From the IMG/VR virus record IMGVR_UViG_3300033145_000274, positions 1 through 64,000 of that record: DNA of 64,000 nt. One strand, 5' to 3'. The notes beneath the pieces were generated by a model. That model saw only the letters and a list, made by a program, of their open reading frames with translations. It made no database searches and was not told the DNA's origin. The DNA is from a virus. A program made the translations under genes and the position numbers. Positions 48,200 through 56,407 of this stretch are shown here, piece after piece (position 1 is the stretch's first letter; the number at the start of each line of letters is the position of its first letter).

Positions 48200-48650
48200 T
48201 CAGCAGACAGCCATACATCGCAAACGTGCTAGCGTGCCCTGCCGATGGTTATTTGAGCAAGGCAAGCTAATAGCCCCCATACTCGATTGGGGTTGCGGGC
48301 ACGGCAAAGACGTAATCTGGATGCGGAACGCTTACGGGTATGACCCGCACTACCAGCCGAGGCTCCCCGTCGATGGGGATTTGTTCAACACCGTATTGTG
48401 TACCTATGTGCTCAATACAATTCCAAACTACCACGACCGTTGTGTTATTGTAGCGGAGGCCCTGGAGTACCTCGTTCATGGGGGGTGGATGTACATTACC
48501 ATTCGGGCAGACAAAAAGAACCTAAAGGGGTGGACACTACGGGGTACATGGCAAAACTACATAGGGAACCAACTACAGCATGGAGACTTCACCCTCGTGC
48601 GACGTACCAGTGGATATGAAATATGGGGGTGGCAACAACCTCCCTATTAG
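48186..48650 (+). CDS. Minimal class I SAM-dependent methyltransferase (154 aa)
   Basis: ILDWGCGHGKD motif I, YGYDPHY, FNTVLCTYVLNTI. Confidence 0.8.
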   Translation: MPANSQQTAIHRKRASVPCRWLFEQGKLIAPILDWGCGHGKDVIWMRNAYGYDPHYQPRLPVDGDLFNTVLCTYVLNTIPNYHDRCVIVAEALEYLVHGGWMYITIRADKKNLKGWTLRGTWQNYIGNQLQHGDFTLVRRTSGYEIWGWQQPPY

Positions 48651-48669
48651 CGTGTGTGGTTGTGTTGAA

Positions 48670-48703
48670 GCTCACGGGTGGTTCGCTACCCGTGGGCTTT
48701 TTT
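48670..48703 (+). terminator. Intrinsic terminator abutting cassette 7
   Basis: GCTCACGGGT/ACCCGTGGGC stem plus T6. Confidence 0.8.
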
Positions 48704-48842
48704 CGTAAGTGCTGACGTAGCAACAACTTACGACGATTTGGTGGCCCCCGCAAAACCATAAACCCTTGCACCACAACGACTTGCGTCAATCCGTAAAAAT
48801 GGTGAAGTTTGGGGTTGCAAGTTTCGATAAACATGGTAGAAT
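48704..48842 (+). repeat. Regulatory cassette 7
   Basis: Sites 48704-48732 and 48757-48785; TTGCAA 48815, TAGAAT 48837. Confidence 0.9.
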
Positions 48843-48884
48843 GATGGCAGTTTCAACAACATCACTTTTTTCAAGGAGTCATTT

Positions 48885-50186
48885 ATGACTACGCAAGCAC
48901 AAGAGCAGTCCGGCCAGTCGATTGCAACCGAGAGGCAGGAAAGCTACAGCGGCGACGTTATTCGCGAGAATCTGGAAATGGGCGACAAGCAAGGCTTCAA
49001 GGCCGTCGCCAAGTATTGGCTCGAAAACGGCTGTATGTCGTTCGACAAGGCTCAAGAGCGATTGGCCAGCGACCAACAGCAAATCGAAGATTTCCACTCC
49101 CCCCTGAAGGAGTGGGATGTTGTAGTCAAGCACAGTGGCATCGCCTTTCGACACCTGTCCAGTGGGCGGGATTACTCCCCCACCGACCATGCCCTCAATC
49201 TCATGTGTCAGGTTGGCCGTGGCATGTCCTCATGGACAGTACGCAATCTGAGGGACCCCATCCCCCACGCCACAAAGAAAGATGCGGACGGCGAGCCGGT
49301 AGCGGTCAAGGGTGGCGAACGTGGTCAGGCCGACTTTGAGGTACTCCGCGACTACATTAAGGTACACCTGTTCCACTCCGACCGTGTGGACCAGACCAAG
49401 CCCAGACTGTTCCGAACCTGGAGTGATGGCACCCTACGTGCCCTGCTTAGTGAGCAGTACACGATTGTCAACAACTTGTGGTTTCTGGACGTACTCCGCA
49501 AGGCCATTCCGGGGGGTGTTGTCTCCCACTGGCAGGGTGACGCCGATAGCATCTTCGGCAACATTCTGATTCCCGATACAATTCGGGCCGAAAGTGATTC
49601 CGACTTCGGCGGTATGCTCAGCGTGGGCAATAGCGAGATAGGAACCCGCCGAATTTCCTCCCTCCCCAGCGTGTTCCGAGCCATCTGTATGAACGGGTGC
49701 ATTTGGGACCAAGAATCCGGCACGGGTATCAACAAGGTTCACCGTGGCAAGGTCAATTTCATCGACCTGGAACATCACATCATCGAGAACCTAGAAGCTC
49801 AGATTCCCCTACTTCCCCAGGGTATCCAGCGGGTCCTCGGGTTGCGTGCGTACGGCTGTGGTGACACCCCCTTGTCCAACCTGTTGGCCCAGACTGCCAT
49901 CGACCATAGTCTGTCCAAACGACAGGTGGGGGTTATCTACGACGGCTGGAATGAGGAGCTACGCCTGCTAGGCCGCAAGGAAGCCCAGACCGCTTACGGG
50001 CTCACCAACGCCATCACACGGGCCGGGCAGCAGCTTGGCAGCAATGACCAGTGGGTCCGGTTCGACACCATCGGTGGGGAGTTCGCCAACTTCAACCGTG
50101 ACGGGTGGGATAAGTTCCGTAACCGGGCCGACAACCTGTCCGCCAAACAGGTGGAGAAGAGACTCGGAGAACTGGCCACTGTATGA
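48885..50186 (+). CDS. DUF932-like protein (433 aa)
   Basis: RALLSEQYTIVNN..SVGNSEIG..VFRAICMNG motifs; AAGGAG SD. Confidence 0.7.
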   Translation: MTTQAQEQSGQSIATERQESYSGDVIRENLEMGDKQGFKAVAKYWLENGCMSFDKAQERLASDQQQIEDFHSPLKEWDVVVKHSGIAFRHLSSGRDYSPTDHALNLMCQVGRGMSSWTVRNLRDPIPHATKKDADGEPVAVKGGERGQADFEVLRDYIKVHLFHSDRVDQTKPRLFRTWSDGTLRALLSEQYTIVNNLWFLDVLRKAIPGGVVSHWQGDADSIFGNILIPDTIRAESDSDFGGMLSVGNSEIGTRRISSLPSVFRAICMNGCIWDQESGTGINKVHRGKVNFIDLEHHIIENLEAQIPLLPQGIQRVLGLRAYGCGDTPLSNLLAQTAIDHSLSKRQVGVIYDGWNEELRLLGRKEAQTAYGLTNAITRAGQQLGSNDQWVRFDTIGGEFANFNRDGWDKFRNRADNLSAKQVEKRLGELATV

Positions 50187-50255
50187 TAGCCATGCTTATC
50201 ATCACGGCAATAATCGTCAACATATTGCTACATATTGCCGAACGCCAGCAGTGAA

Positions 50256-50297
50256 CATACCCCCCGACTGGACTATCCGGTCGGGGGGATGTTTTTG
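50256..50297 (+). terminator. Intrinsic terminator before cassette 8
   Basis: CCCCCCGAC/GTCGGGGGG stem plus T-tract. Confidence 0.8.
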
Positions 50298-50302
50298 TTT
50301 GT

Positions 50303-50430
50303 CCTAAGTGGTTGTGGCGTAACGACTTAGGGCAAACAGGGGGCCGCCATCATGACACAACTCCCTATGTAGCCGTAACTTATATTCATTCAAGTTTTGG
50401 GGTTGACTTATCCGAATAGTATTGTATAAT
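50303..50430 (+). repeat. Regulatory cassette 8
   Basis: Sites 50303-50331 (CCTAA..TTAGG) and 50356-50384; TTGACT 50403, TATAAT 50425. Confidence 0.8.
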
Positions 50431-50476
50431 AGAGTAACACCAAACAACAATTCCCCTTTTTCAGGAGTGTTTTAGA

Positions 50477-51076
50477 ATGAAGCGTTTACTCGATTGCTTG
50501 TCCCAAGCAGAAGTCGGTCAAGAGGTAACCTTTAACTACCATGGTGGTAGTACCCCCGGCGAAGCACGTACCGTCCGTGTTATGGCCTCGACCACCGATG
50601 CGTTGCTGTCCGAACACATGCTTGGTCTGGACATTGTCCAGAACGAAATATGTGACTACCGCTTTGACCGGGCCAGTGATGTGTATATCATCACCGATGA
50701 CAAACCCGTCCCCAACATCAGGGTACGACACACCACCCATACATTCGTCGAAGCCCGTAAACGCCTGCACAACCAGATTGACGAACTCAACGGTGAAGAC
50801 CTGGCCGAAATCCTGGCGGAAATCGAAGGCGACGACAATGGTAATTTCGACGCAAGCACGGGCGAGGTAACCTTACTACGCAGTGTTTTGATTCCACATT
50901 GCAAACTCAATGCCGACAAGGCAGGCTTGGACTGGGTCAACGAAGACGGCGAAGTGCTCACCAGCCAGTGGCAGTTTCTCAACAACGCCGTACGTCTGTA
51001 TCTGGAAGACAACGAAGTTCCCCCCGTCGAATTTGCCTGCAAACTTTTTCAACATTTGGGATTGACAATCCAATAG
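50477..51076 (+). CDS. Protein with N-terminal WYL-like domain (199 aa)
   Basis: VTFNYHGGSTPGEARTVRV..LGLD..DYRFDRA; AGGAG SD. Confidence 0.6.
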   Translation: MKRLLDCLSQAEVGQEVTFNYHGGSTPGEARTVRVMASTTDALLSEHMLGLDIVQNEICDYRFDRASDVYIITDDKPVPNIRVRHTTHTFVEARKRLHNQIDELNGEDLAEILAEIEGDDNGNFDASTGEVTLLRSVLIPHCKLNADKAGLDWVNEDGEVLTSQWQFLNNAVRLYLEDNEVPPVEFACKLFQHLGLTIQ

Positions 51077-51135
51077 AACATGTTATAATAGACGTGTTCA
51101 ACTTACCTGTTTTTTCCTCAACAAGGAGTAGTATC

Positions 51136-51432
51136 ATGGCGAAAGCCACATTTTCCAACACCGATTTGTGTGTCGCATGGGCACATCAGGCTAAGGCCGA
51201 CCCCCAGGGGACACGCGGAGACGTAGTCCGTACCCTCATGGGCAAAATGGAGCAAGACCCCGGCAACGCCGAAGAGTACCGCAAGGTCTACAACAACGTG
51301 ACCCAGCGGGTCAAGCAGTTGGGCAACCACCCGACAAAACCGGTTCAGTTCCCGCAACTGGCGGCTGGCAAGAAGGGTGCCCGACGCACCGACGCCCAAA
51401 TGGAAGACCTCCAGGCTCTCTTCATCGACTAG
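51136..51432 (+). CDS. Hypothetical protein (98 aa)
   Basis: AAGGAG SD; promoter TTGACA-16-TATAAT 51062-51089. Confidence 0.75.
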   Translation: MAKATFSNTDLCVAWAHQAKADPQGTRGDVVRTLMGKMEQDPGNAEEYRKVYNNVTQRVKQLGNHPTKPVQFPQLAAGKKGARRTDAQMEDLQALFID

Positions 51433-51487
51433 GGTATCGCTCAAGGCACGAGGGTACCGCTGTCACCAGCGAAATACCCTGGACCCG

Positions 51488-51522
51488 AAACCCCAGCAGC
51501 CGAAAGGTTGCTGGGGTTTTTT
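51488..51522 (+). terminator. Intrinsic terminator abutting cassette 9
   Basis: CCCCAGCAGCC-GAAA-GGTTGCTGGGG plus T6. Confidence 0.85.
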
Positions 51523-51648
51523 CGTAAGTGCTTACGTCGCAACAACTTGCGACGATTAGGGGGGCACCACATCGACGTAACTGGTGTGGTAACAACAACT
51601 TACGGAAATTCTCAAGCCATTGACTTCTTTGTGTCGATATGGTATAAT
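51523..51648 (+). repeat. Regulatory cassette 9
   Basis: Sites 51523-51551 and 51576-51604; TTGACT 51620, TATAAT 51643. Confidence 0.85.
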
Positions 51649-51874
51649 AGTTGCGGAGAGCAATTTCTGTGCCAATACACAGAAAAAATGAGAGAATAAG
51701 GGCACCGCATACCGGCCCCACCGTAGTGCCGCCCTGTGTCACCCAATCCAACCTGGTTAGTCACCAATAGTCGGTAGTCAGCGAGTGTCAGTGAGCATTG
51801 GGCTTGACAAGAGCGCCAGGAAGTGTATAATAGAATGCGAGCAACTATCGTGCCAACCAACCCAGGAAATGCCT

Positions 51875-52132
51875 ATGAGTACAAAAAAGAAGATTTATGT
51901 CACCAGCGGTGAGTTGGCCGTAGTCACAATTGCAGACGGCCCTATTGCCGCCATCAAAACCGCCCTGTTTCAATTTGGAACAGATAAGCGCCTGGATGAT
52001 GACTTTATTTATCTGGACGAACGTGGCTTCAGACACGACGACACAGCACAATACATAGTACCCCTTGAACAGGCTTTAGCCGAGGCGGGGTACGTCTACG
52101 AGGAACCCAAGTTCCCATCGGCTGAGGTATAG
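51875..52132 (+). CDS. Hypothetical protein (85 aa)
   Basis: Promoter 51804-51831, AGGA SD; terminator-like hairpin 52156-52186. Confidence 0.7.
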   Translation: MSTKKKIYVTSGELAVVTIADGPIAAIKTALFQFGTDKRLDDDFIYLDERGFRHDDTAQYIVPLEQALAEAGYVYEEPKFPSAEV

Positions 52133-52202
52133 TCAGCCCCACTAAAGTGACCAGCCCTGCATGTTCGTGCGGGGCTTCTTCTTTTTAAGCAAGGGAAGCA
52201 TC

Positions 52203-52346
52203 ATGCTAGAAAAAATACTTCACGAACTCAACTGGTACACCTTCAGATTCAACTGGAGGCCAACCACCATTCGTTACGACCTGCCGGCTAACCGCCGTGT
52301 AGTCTGGCAGCACCTACCCACTGGTGAAATAAGAATGTCCCACTAA
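52203..52346 (+). CDS. Small protein (47 aa)
   Basis: AAGGGA SD. Confidence 0.5.
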   Translation: MLEKILHELNWYTFRFNWRPTTIRYDLPANRRVVWQHLPTGEIRMSH

Positions 52347-52361
52347 CAACAAGAAGAAAAA

Positions 52362-52571
52362 ATGCCAAAGAAAAGAATCGTCCTAATCATCACCAGTTGT
52401 AAACAATGCACCCATGGCTGCGTCGTACCCAACCCCTATCTACCCGACAAGGGCGAACACATATACAGTTGGATGTGTTATAAGTTGGGGCGCTGCGTGT
52501 ATCGCCTGAAACCATGGGAGGAGCTTGCTAACTCTATTCCTGATGCTTGTCCATTACCTAATGAAGAATAA
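52362..52571 (+). CDS. Cys-rich miniprotein, paralog 1 (69 aa)
   Basis: ITSCKQC..WMCYKL..IPDACPLP. Confidence 0.75.
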   Translation: MPKKRIVLIITSCKQCTHGCVVPNPYLPDKGEHIYSWMCYKLGRCVYRLKPWEELANSIPDACPLPNEE

Positions 52572-52580
52572 GGAAAAAAC

Positions 52581-52784
52581 ATGACAAAGAAAATCACCAT
52601 CAACAGTTGCAAGCACTGTCCCAATCACATAGCCGAACGAGACCACACCGGCGATTCGCCTGAACCCTTCTTTAAGTGGAGGTGTTCTATACTACGCCAC
52701 CGCTATGTTGTACGGCGTTATGTGGAGTGGAATGACAATAGTCTCTTCATTCCCGATGACTGTCCACTACCAGAAGACGAGTGA
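52581..52784 (+). CDS. Cys-rich miniprotein, paralog 2 (67 aa)
   Basis: INSCKHC..WRCSIL..IPDDCPLP. Confidence 0.75.
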   Translation: MTKKITINSCKHCPNHIAERDHTGDSPEPFFKWRCSILRHRYVVRRYVEWNDNSLFIPDDCPLPEDE

Positions 52785-52794
52785 GAAAGAAAAC

Positions 52795-52992
52795 ATGTCA
52801 AGAAAAATCATCATCATCACCTCTTGTTACCAATGCGACTCTCACTCATTAGAACAGGACCGCACCCACGACGGTTCGTTGGTTTATAATGGTATGTGTT
52901 ATAAACTGAACCGCTACACACAGCGTAATGTATCATGGGAAACTCTAGCCACCTTCATGCCTGATGACTGCCCACTACCAGACGACAAGTGA
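52795..52992 (+). CDS. Cys-rich miniprotein, paralog 3 (65 aa)
   Basis: ITSCYQC..GMCYKL..MPDDCPLP. Confidence 0.75.
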   Translation: MSRKIIIITSCYQCDSHSLEQDRTHDGSLVYNGMCYKLNRYTQRNVSWETLATFMPDDCPLPDDK

Positions 52993-53002
52993 GAAAGAAA
53001 AC

Positions 53003-53179
53003 ATGTACATATACACATATTGGAACAACGAAAGAGAATGGCACGGAGAGGTCCTAGCCCATTTCAAGGCAGCTTCACAGGCCGAAGCTGACCAGGAGTT
53101 TATGAAACGGACATCCTATAATCCCCACGATGTCCGAATAGATTGCACGGTTAGAACTCACAAACCCAAACGATGTTGA
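53003..53179 (+). CDS. Small protein (58 aa)
   Basis: Shares the GTGAGAAAGAAAACATG start junction with paralog 3. Confidence 0.65.
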   Translation: MYIYTYWNNEREWHGEVLAHFKAASQAEADQEFMKRTSYNPHDVRIDCTVRTHKPKRC

Positions 53180-53359
53180 CATTGTAAGCGTCCGTCGTAA
53201 GTCTGCGACAAATGACTAAGTATGTCCCTCTCTTGCTCACATGTAGCGAAGTATAACGTTTGTGTTATATTTGGCTACACAGGGCACCAGTCTAGCGTCA
53301 CAGCCCATCCGGCCTGATTGGTCTGGCATGGTCCGTAGCCAGCGACTTTTGTGACGAGC

Positions 53360-53743
53360 CTATGCAGCCGTAGCGTACACTGGAGTTGGTGGACGGTCAT
53401 AGACGCCTGGCTTGACTGTGTCAGGCAATTGGGGAGGGGCTAAAACAATGGGAGATTCAGGGGGCAAGTCTGAGAGAGCGGCACGTCGCACCTTCTTACC
53501 TCCACGAGTATAAATCCCCACCATGCCCATGTCCATGAGATACTCACTTGAGTATTTAGCCGGCTTGGGCTCACCAATAAGATACTGAGCGTGGCCAAAT
53601 TGAGTCTGGAGTTGCTCAATGATTTCTTCAGCCTCTTCGTGAGAACCCACGTTAGAGACATGGGTCCAGCCCTGAGACATAAGCAAGGGAAAAGAAGAAA
53701 GTATCATGGGTCTTACTCTACTATGTGATAGATTTCTTGCCAA
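53360..53743 (-). CDS. Hypothetical protein, start uncertain
   Basis: ORF downstream of minus-strand promoter and 53713..53946. Confidence 0.5.
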   Translation of the reverse strand: MARNLSHSRVRPMILSSFPLLMSQGWTHVSNVGSHEEAEEIIEQLQTQFGHAQYLIGEPKPAKYSSEYLMDMGMVGIYTRGGKKVRRAALSDLPPESPIVLAPPQLPDTVKPGVYDRPPTPVYATAA

Positions 53744-53946
53744 CGACTCATGTTGGTACCTGGCTTATCGTATTGGAAGATATTACACCCAGAATGAAAG
53801 TTCAGCCCAAACCACGCCTCACTAAAGCGACCCGCTAGCCAACGCCCATCACACTTCACCAAGTAATAATGGACCCCGGTTGTTATGATGTCGGGGTGCT
53901 TATGGCCATCTCCCTTGGTCCAGTCAAGCTTTTTGAGTGTAGGCAT
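53713..53946 (-). CDS. Hypothetical protein (77 aa)
   Basis: AGGA SD; minus-strand promoter upstream. Confidence 0.7.
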   Translation of the reverse strand: MPTLKKLDWTKGDGHKHPDIITTGVHYYLVKCDGRWLAGRFSEAWFGLNFHSGCNIFQYDKPGTNMSRWQEIYHIVE

Positions 53947-54098
53947 GAGTAGTTCCTAAGAGAAAAGGACAGGGGACCAGAAACAACACTTGACGGCAAC
54001 TCATTAGGTCCCCTGCCCAGTCGTAATTAACGCGGTGTTATTAAAACAACAGGGAACAGAAGCCACCGCGTGTGCTCCAGGTTGTTCCTGCCTACTTT

Positions 54099-54126
54099 AT
54101 TATACACTACTTGAGTCCTTTGTCAA
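54099..54126 (-). promoter_or_regulatory. sigma70-like promoter TTGACA-16-TATAAT
   Basis: Perfect hexamers on minus strand. Confidence 0.75.
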
Positions 54127-54591
54127 TCCCTTTTTTTCTGGAATCGAAAAACTCAGCACAGTAGAGCATACTTACAACAGTAAATCTTGAAGAGTATAGC
54201 CTTCCTTGCTTACTTCATCAAATATGTCCTAAGCCACGGCCCTTTGCTTGTACATGTATAAGCCTAAAGTCTGCCCTAGCGATTCGAGCTTACATGCTCA
54301 GGTTCGCCCGTCATCTCAGACCGAAAACCTGTAGAGAAAAACCATATTGTTAGAAGCGAGCCCTACCGAGTGTGCATGATATAGAATGCACAACTGGCAT
54401 CGCCACTCGTCTCTTTGAGCTTCAACATTGTAACCAACTAGGCTCATCAGACCCTCAACACAAAAACATGTATCAAAAATATGGGAAAGCTGTTGAGGTA
54501 GCCTTCAAAAAGTGGAAGAAAATCTTCCTTACACTATTATACCGGCCAAAATAAGCGTCTGTCCAGTCCATTTTTTCTTTTTTTTCTCTAG

Positions 54592-54619
54592 TTGACACAC
54601 ACGTATCCTATGATATAAT
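54592..54619 (+). promoter_or_regulatory. sigma70-like promoter TTGACA-16-TATAAT, extended -10
   Basis: Perfect hexamers. Confidence 0.75.
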
Positions 54620-54625
54620 AGCAGG

Positions 54626-54937
54626 GTGAGCATAGTTGGCTTTGAGTTGGCTGGCCAAAAAGCGTTAAAACCCCCTATACAGTGGGAGATTGTGGGGATT
54701 CGTGGGGAAATTTTGCTCGCTGCGTGGTCAGCAGGTACAAAGTGTACGACCGCGACCCAGACGCCTCCGCTCCCCCGCGTCTTCTGTCTGTATTGTCCTA
54801 CTGTAGTATATCGTATAAAACCCCCGAAAACAAGAGAAAAAAACAATGAACTTCCCCTCCCACGTTCGCACCGCCCTGACGTGGCTCTGCCTATTGGCGG
54901 TAGCCGTCGTACTCTTACTTACAGGATTAACGGCTAG
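54626..54937 (+). CDS. Possible leaderless hypothetical protein (103 aa)
   Basis: GTG sits at predicted TSS of 54592 promoter; no SD. Confidence 0.35.
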   Translation: MSIVGFELAGQKALKPPIQWEIVGIRGEILLAAWSAGTKCTTATQTPPLPRVFCLYCPTVVYRIKPPKTREKNNELPLPRSHRPDVALPIGGSRRTLTYRING

Positions 54938-54980
54938 TTAAACACCCAATTAACCGCAATACAAACTTCCAATTACCCCC

Positions 54981-55009
54981 TTGACAAGTTAAAGTCCATA
55001 TGCTAAAAT
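54981..55009 (+). promoter_or_regulatory. sigma70-like promoter TTGACA-17-TAAAAT
   Basis: Extended -10 TG; heads the 55.1-60.2 kb operon. Confidence 0.7.
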
Positions 55010-55157
55010 CGTCTATAGAGAAAATACAGGTCGTATTAAAGAACAGTTACCGGTTGGGCATGAAGGCTCGCGACGGAGCGGATGTTGGCTTACCGTGAAA
55101 TCTGGACGTTTATAACCGGTGTTGATAACTTACATGAAACAATTTTAGGAGAAAACC

Positions 55158-55520
55158 ATGGAAATAATTCCTCCCCCCATACCCAGGTTAGCCATTGAAA
55201 TCAAGTACCGCATTCATGCGATGAGACAGATTAAACAAAGAGAACACAGGGATGGAGTCACGATATGGGCGGGCACAGGCCGGCGTACCCTGGATACTGG
55301 GCTCCCAGGAACCGATATCTACCCAGAATTCCGAGACCGTTCACTCCTATCTCTCTTGTGGGCACTCATGCCATTGTGCTCATCAGTAGACTACCCCAAG
55401 TTGAAAGAACACATCCGTATATTCACAACTGAGTTGCCAGGATGCGGCGGACGCTTCTCGGTGGCATCACTGGAGCGGGCTGTTAAAGCTCTTGAATGTA
55501 CAATTGACCTACTCTACTAG
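55158..55520 (+). CDS. Hypothetical protein (120 aa)
   Basis: AGGAG SD. Confidence 0.7.
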   Translation: MEIIPPPIPRLAIEIKYRIHAMRQIKQREHRDGVTIWAGTGRRTLDTGLPGTDIYPEFRDRSLLSLLWALMPLCSSVDYPKLKEHIRIFTTELPGCGGRFSVASLERAVKALECTIDLLY

Positions 55521-55536
55521 TTCCGGAAGCATAAAC

Positions 55537-55710
55537 ATGGACATATCTGACATAATTATCGGAACTGGCTGGGCGCTAATGATAATAAGTATAGTGTTGG
55601 TCATTACGGGAGCACTGGTATGGTGGAATGATGACTATCAGAAATCAGAAGGAGCACAGACAAATGATAAAAACAATAGCCATAGTGATATCAACAATTG
55701 TAATCTTTAG
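55537..55710 (+). CDS. Small membrane protein (57 aa)
   Basis: Single hydrophobic helix IIIGTGWALMIISIVLVITGALVWW. Confidence 0.6.
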   Translation: MDISDIIIGTGWALMIISIVLVITGALVWWNDDYQKSEGAQTNDKNNSHSDINNCNL

Positions 55711-55862
55711 CATAGTGAAGGGGTCATAATGTCATCTTTAGACGTAATAGTGTGTGGAGTCCTATTTGGAATCTTTCTGATAATACTTTCCGAAATCTTT
55801 AATCAGAACAGACTATAAGGACAATACCATGCCAGCGCAACTCACATACAGTGGTATAACAA

Positions 55863-56132
55863 ATGAGTAAACCAATCGGCATTAACGCCAGCAGACTACA
55901 GCGAAAACTGCACAAAGACGAAGCTGCCTTTGTTGAACAATGGCAGTCGTTTAATGAGAACAACGAGGCGATTCGGTACATATTGTCGTCCGATAATATG
56001 TTACCACCCATACCAAGCCAACATGATTGTGTGATAGCAGAGACCATGATACAGTGGTTGGGCTCCAATGTTGGCATGGGGTTTGTGTTAAGTGTTCTTG
56101 AAAAGTTAGGGTATGGGGTCAGTAAATCATGA
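55863..56132 (+). CDS. Hypothetical protein (89 aa)
   Basis: In operon; IAETMIQWLGSNVG motif. Confidence 0.7.
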   Translation: MSKPIGINASRLQRKLHKDEAAFVEQWQSFNENNEAIRYILSSDNMLPPIPSQHDCVIAETMIQWLGSNVGMGFVLSVLEKLGYGVSKS

Positions 56133-56407
56133 AACTAGTCCTCTGCACACACTGTCATGACGTGTTCAAGCTAGACAGAATCCTACGACAGTGTAGGTGT
56201 GAGCGCACGTATGGTTTCTACCGGGATGATGGTATAACTGCCATATATGGTGGTTTTACTGCTATCCCTATTGGTTTTAATAATAGGACGCTCGCAAATG
56301 CAATAGAGAACCAACCACAAGAAGGCATGGGAGAACGGTTTACGGCATTTGTGATACCAAAAACATGTCCTACAATGATAAAGGATAACCCCGATGCAAT
56401 CCCTTAA
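56129..56407 (+). CDS. Cys-rich hypothetical protein (92 aa)
   Basis: MKLVLCTHC..RQCRC; ATGA overlap. Confidence 0.75.
   Translation: MKLVLCTHCHDVFKLDRILRQCRCERTYGFYRDDGITAIYGGFTAIPIGFNNRTLANAIENQPQEGMGERFTAFVIPKTCPTMIKDNPDAIP

Noticed and set aside
42069-51648. CRISPR array interpretation of the repeats
   Set aside because: Repeats are degenerate, paired and separated by genes and promoters at kb scale; no uniform spacers and no cas genes
42069-51648. Integron attC cassette array
   Set aside because: No RYYYAAC/GTTRRRY boxes at gene ends and no integrase; the genes carry their own promoters
53196-53224. Tenth palindrome site (CGTAAGTC..)
   Set aside because: Right arm does not match at +28, and there is no partner site at 53 bp or phased promoter
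54372-54554. 60-aa plus-strand ORF
   Set aside because: GTG start without SD or promoter, between divergent promoters; unsupported
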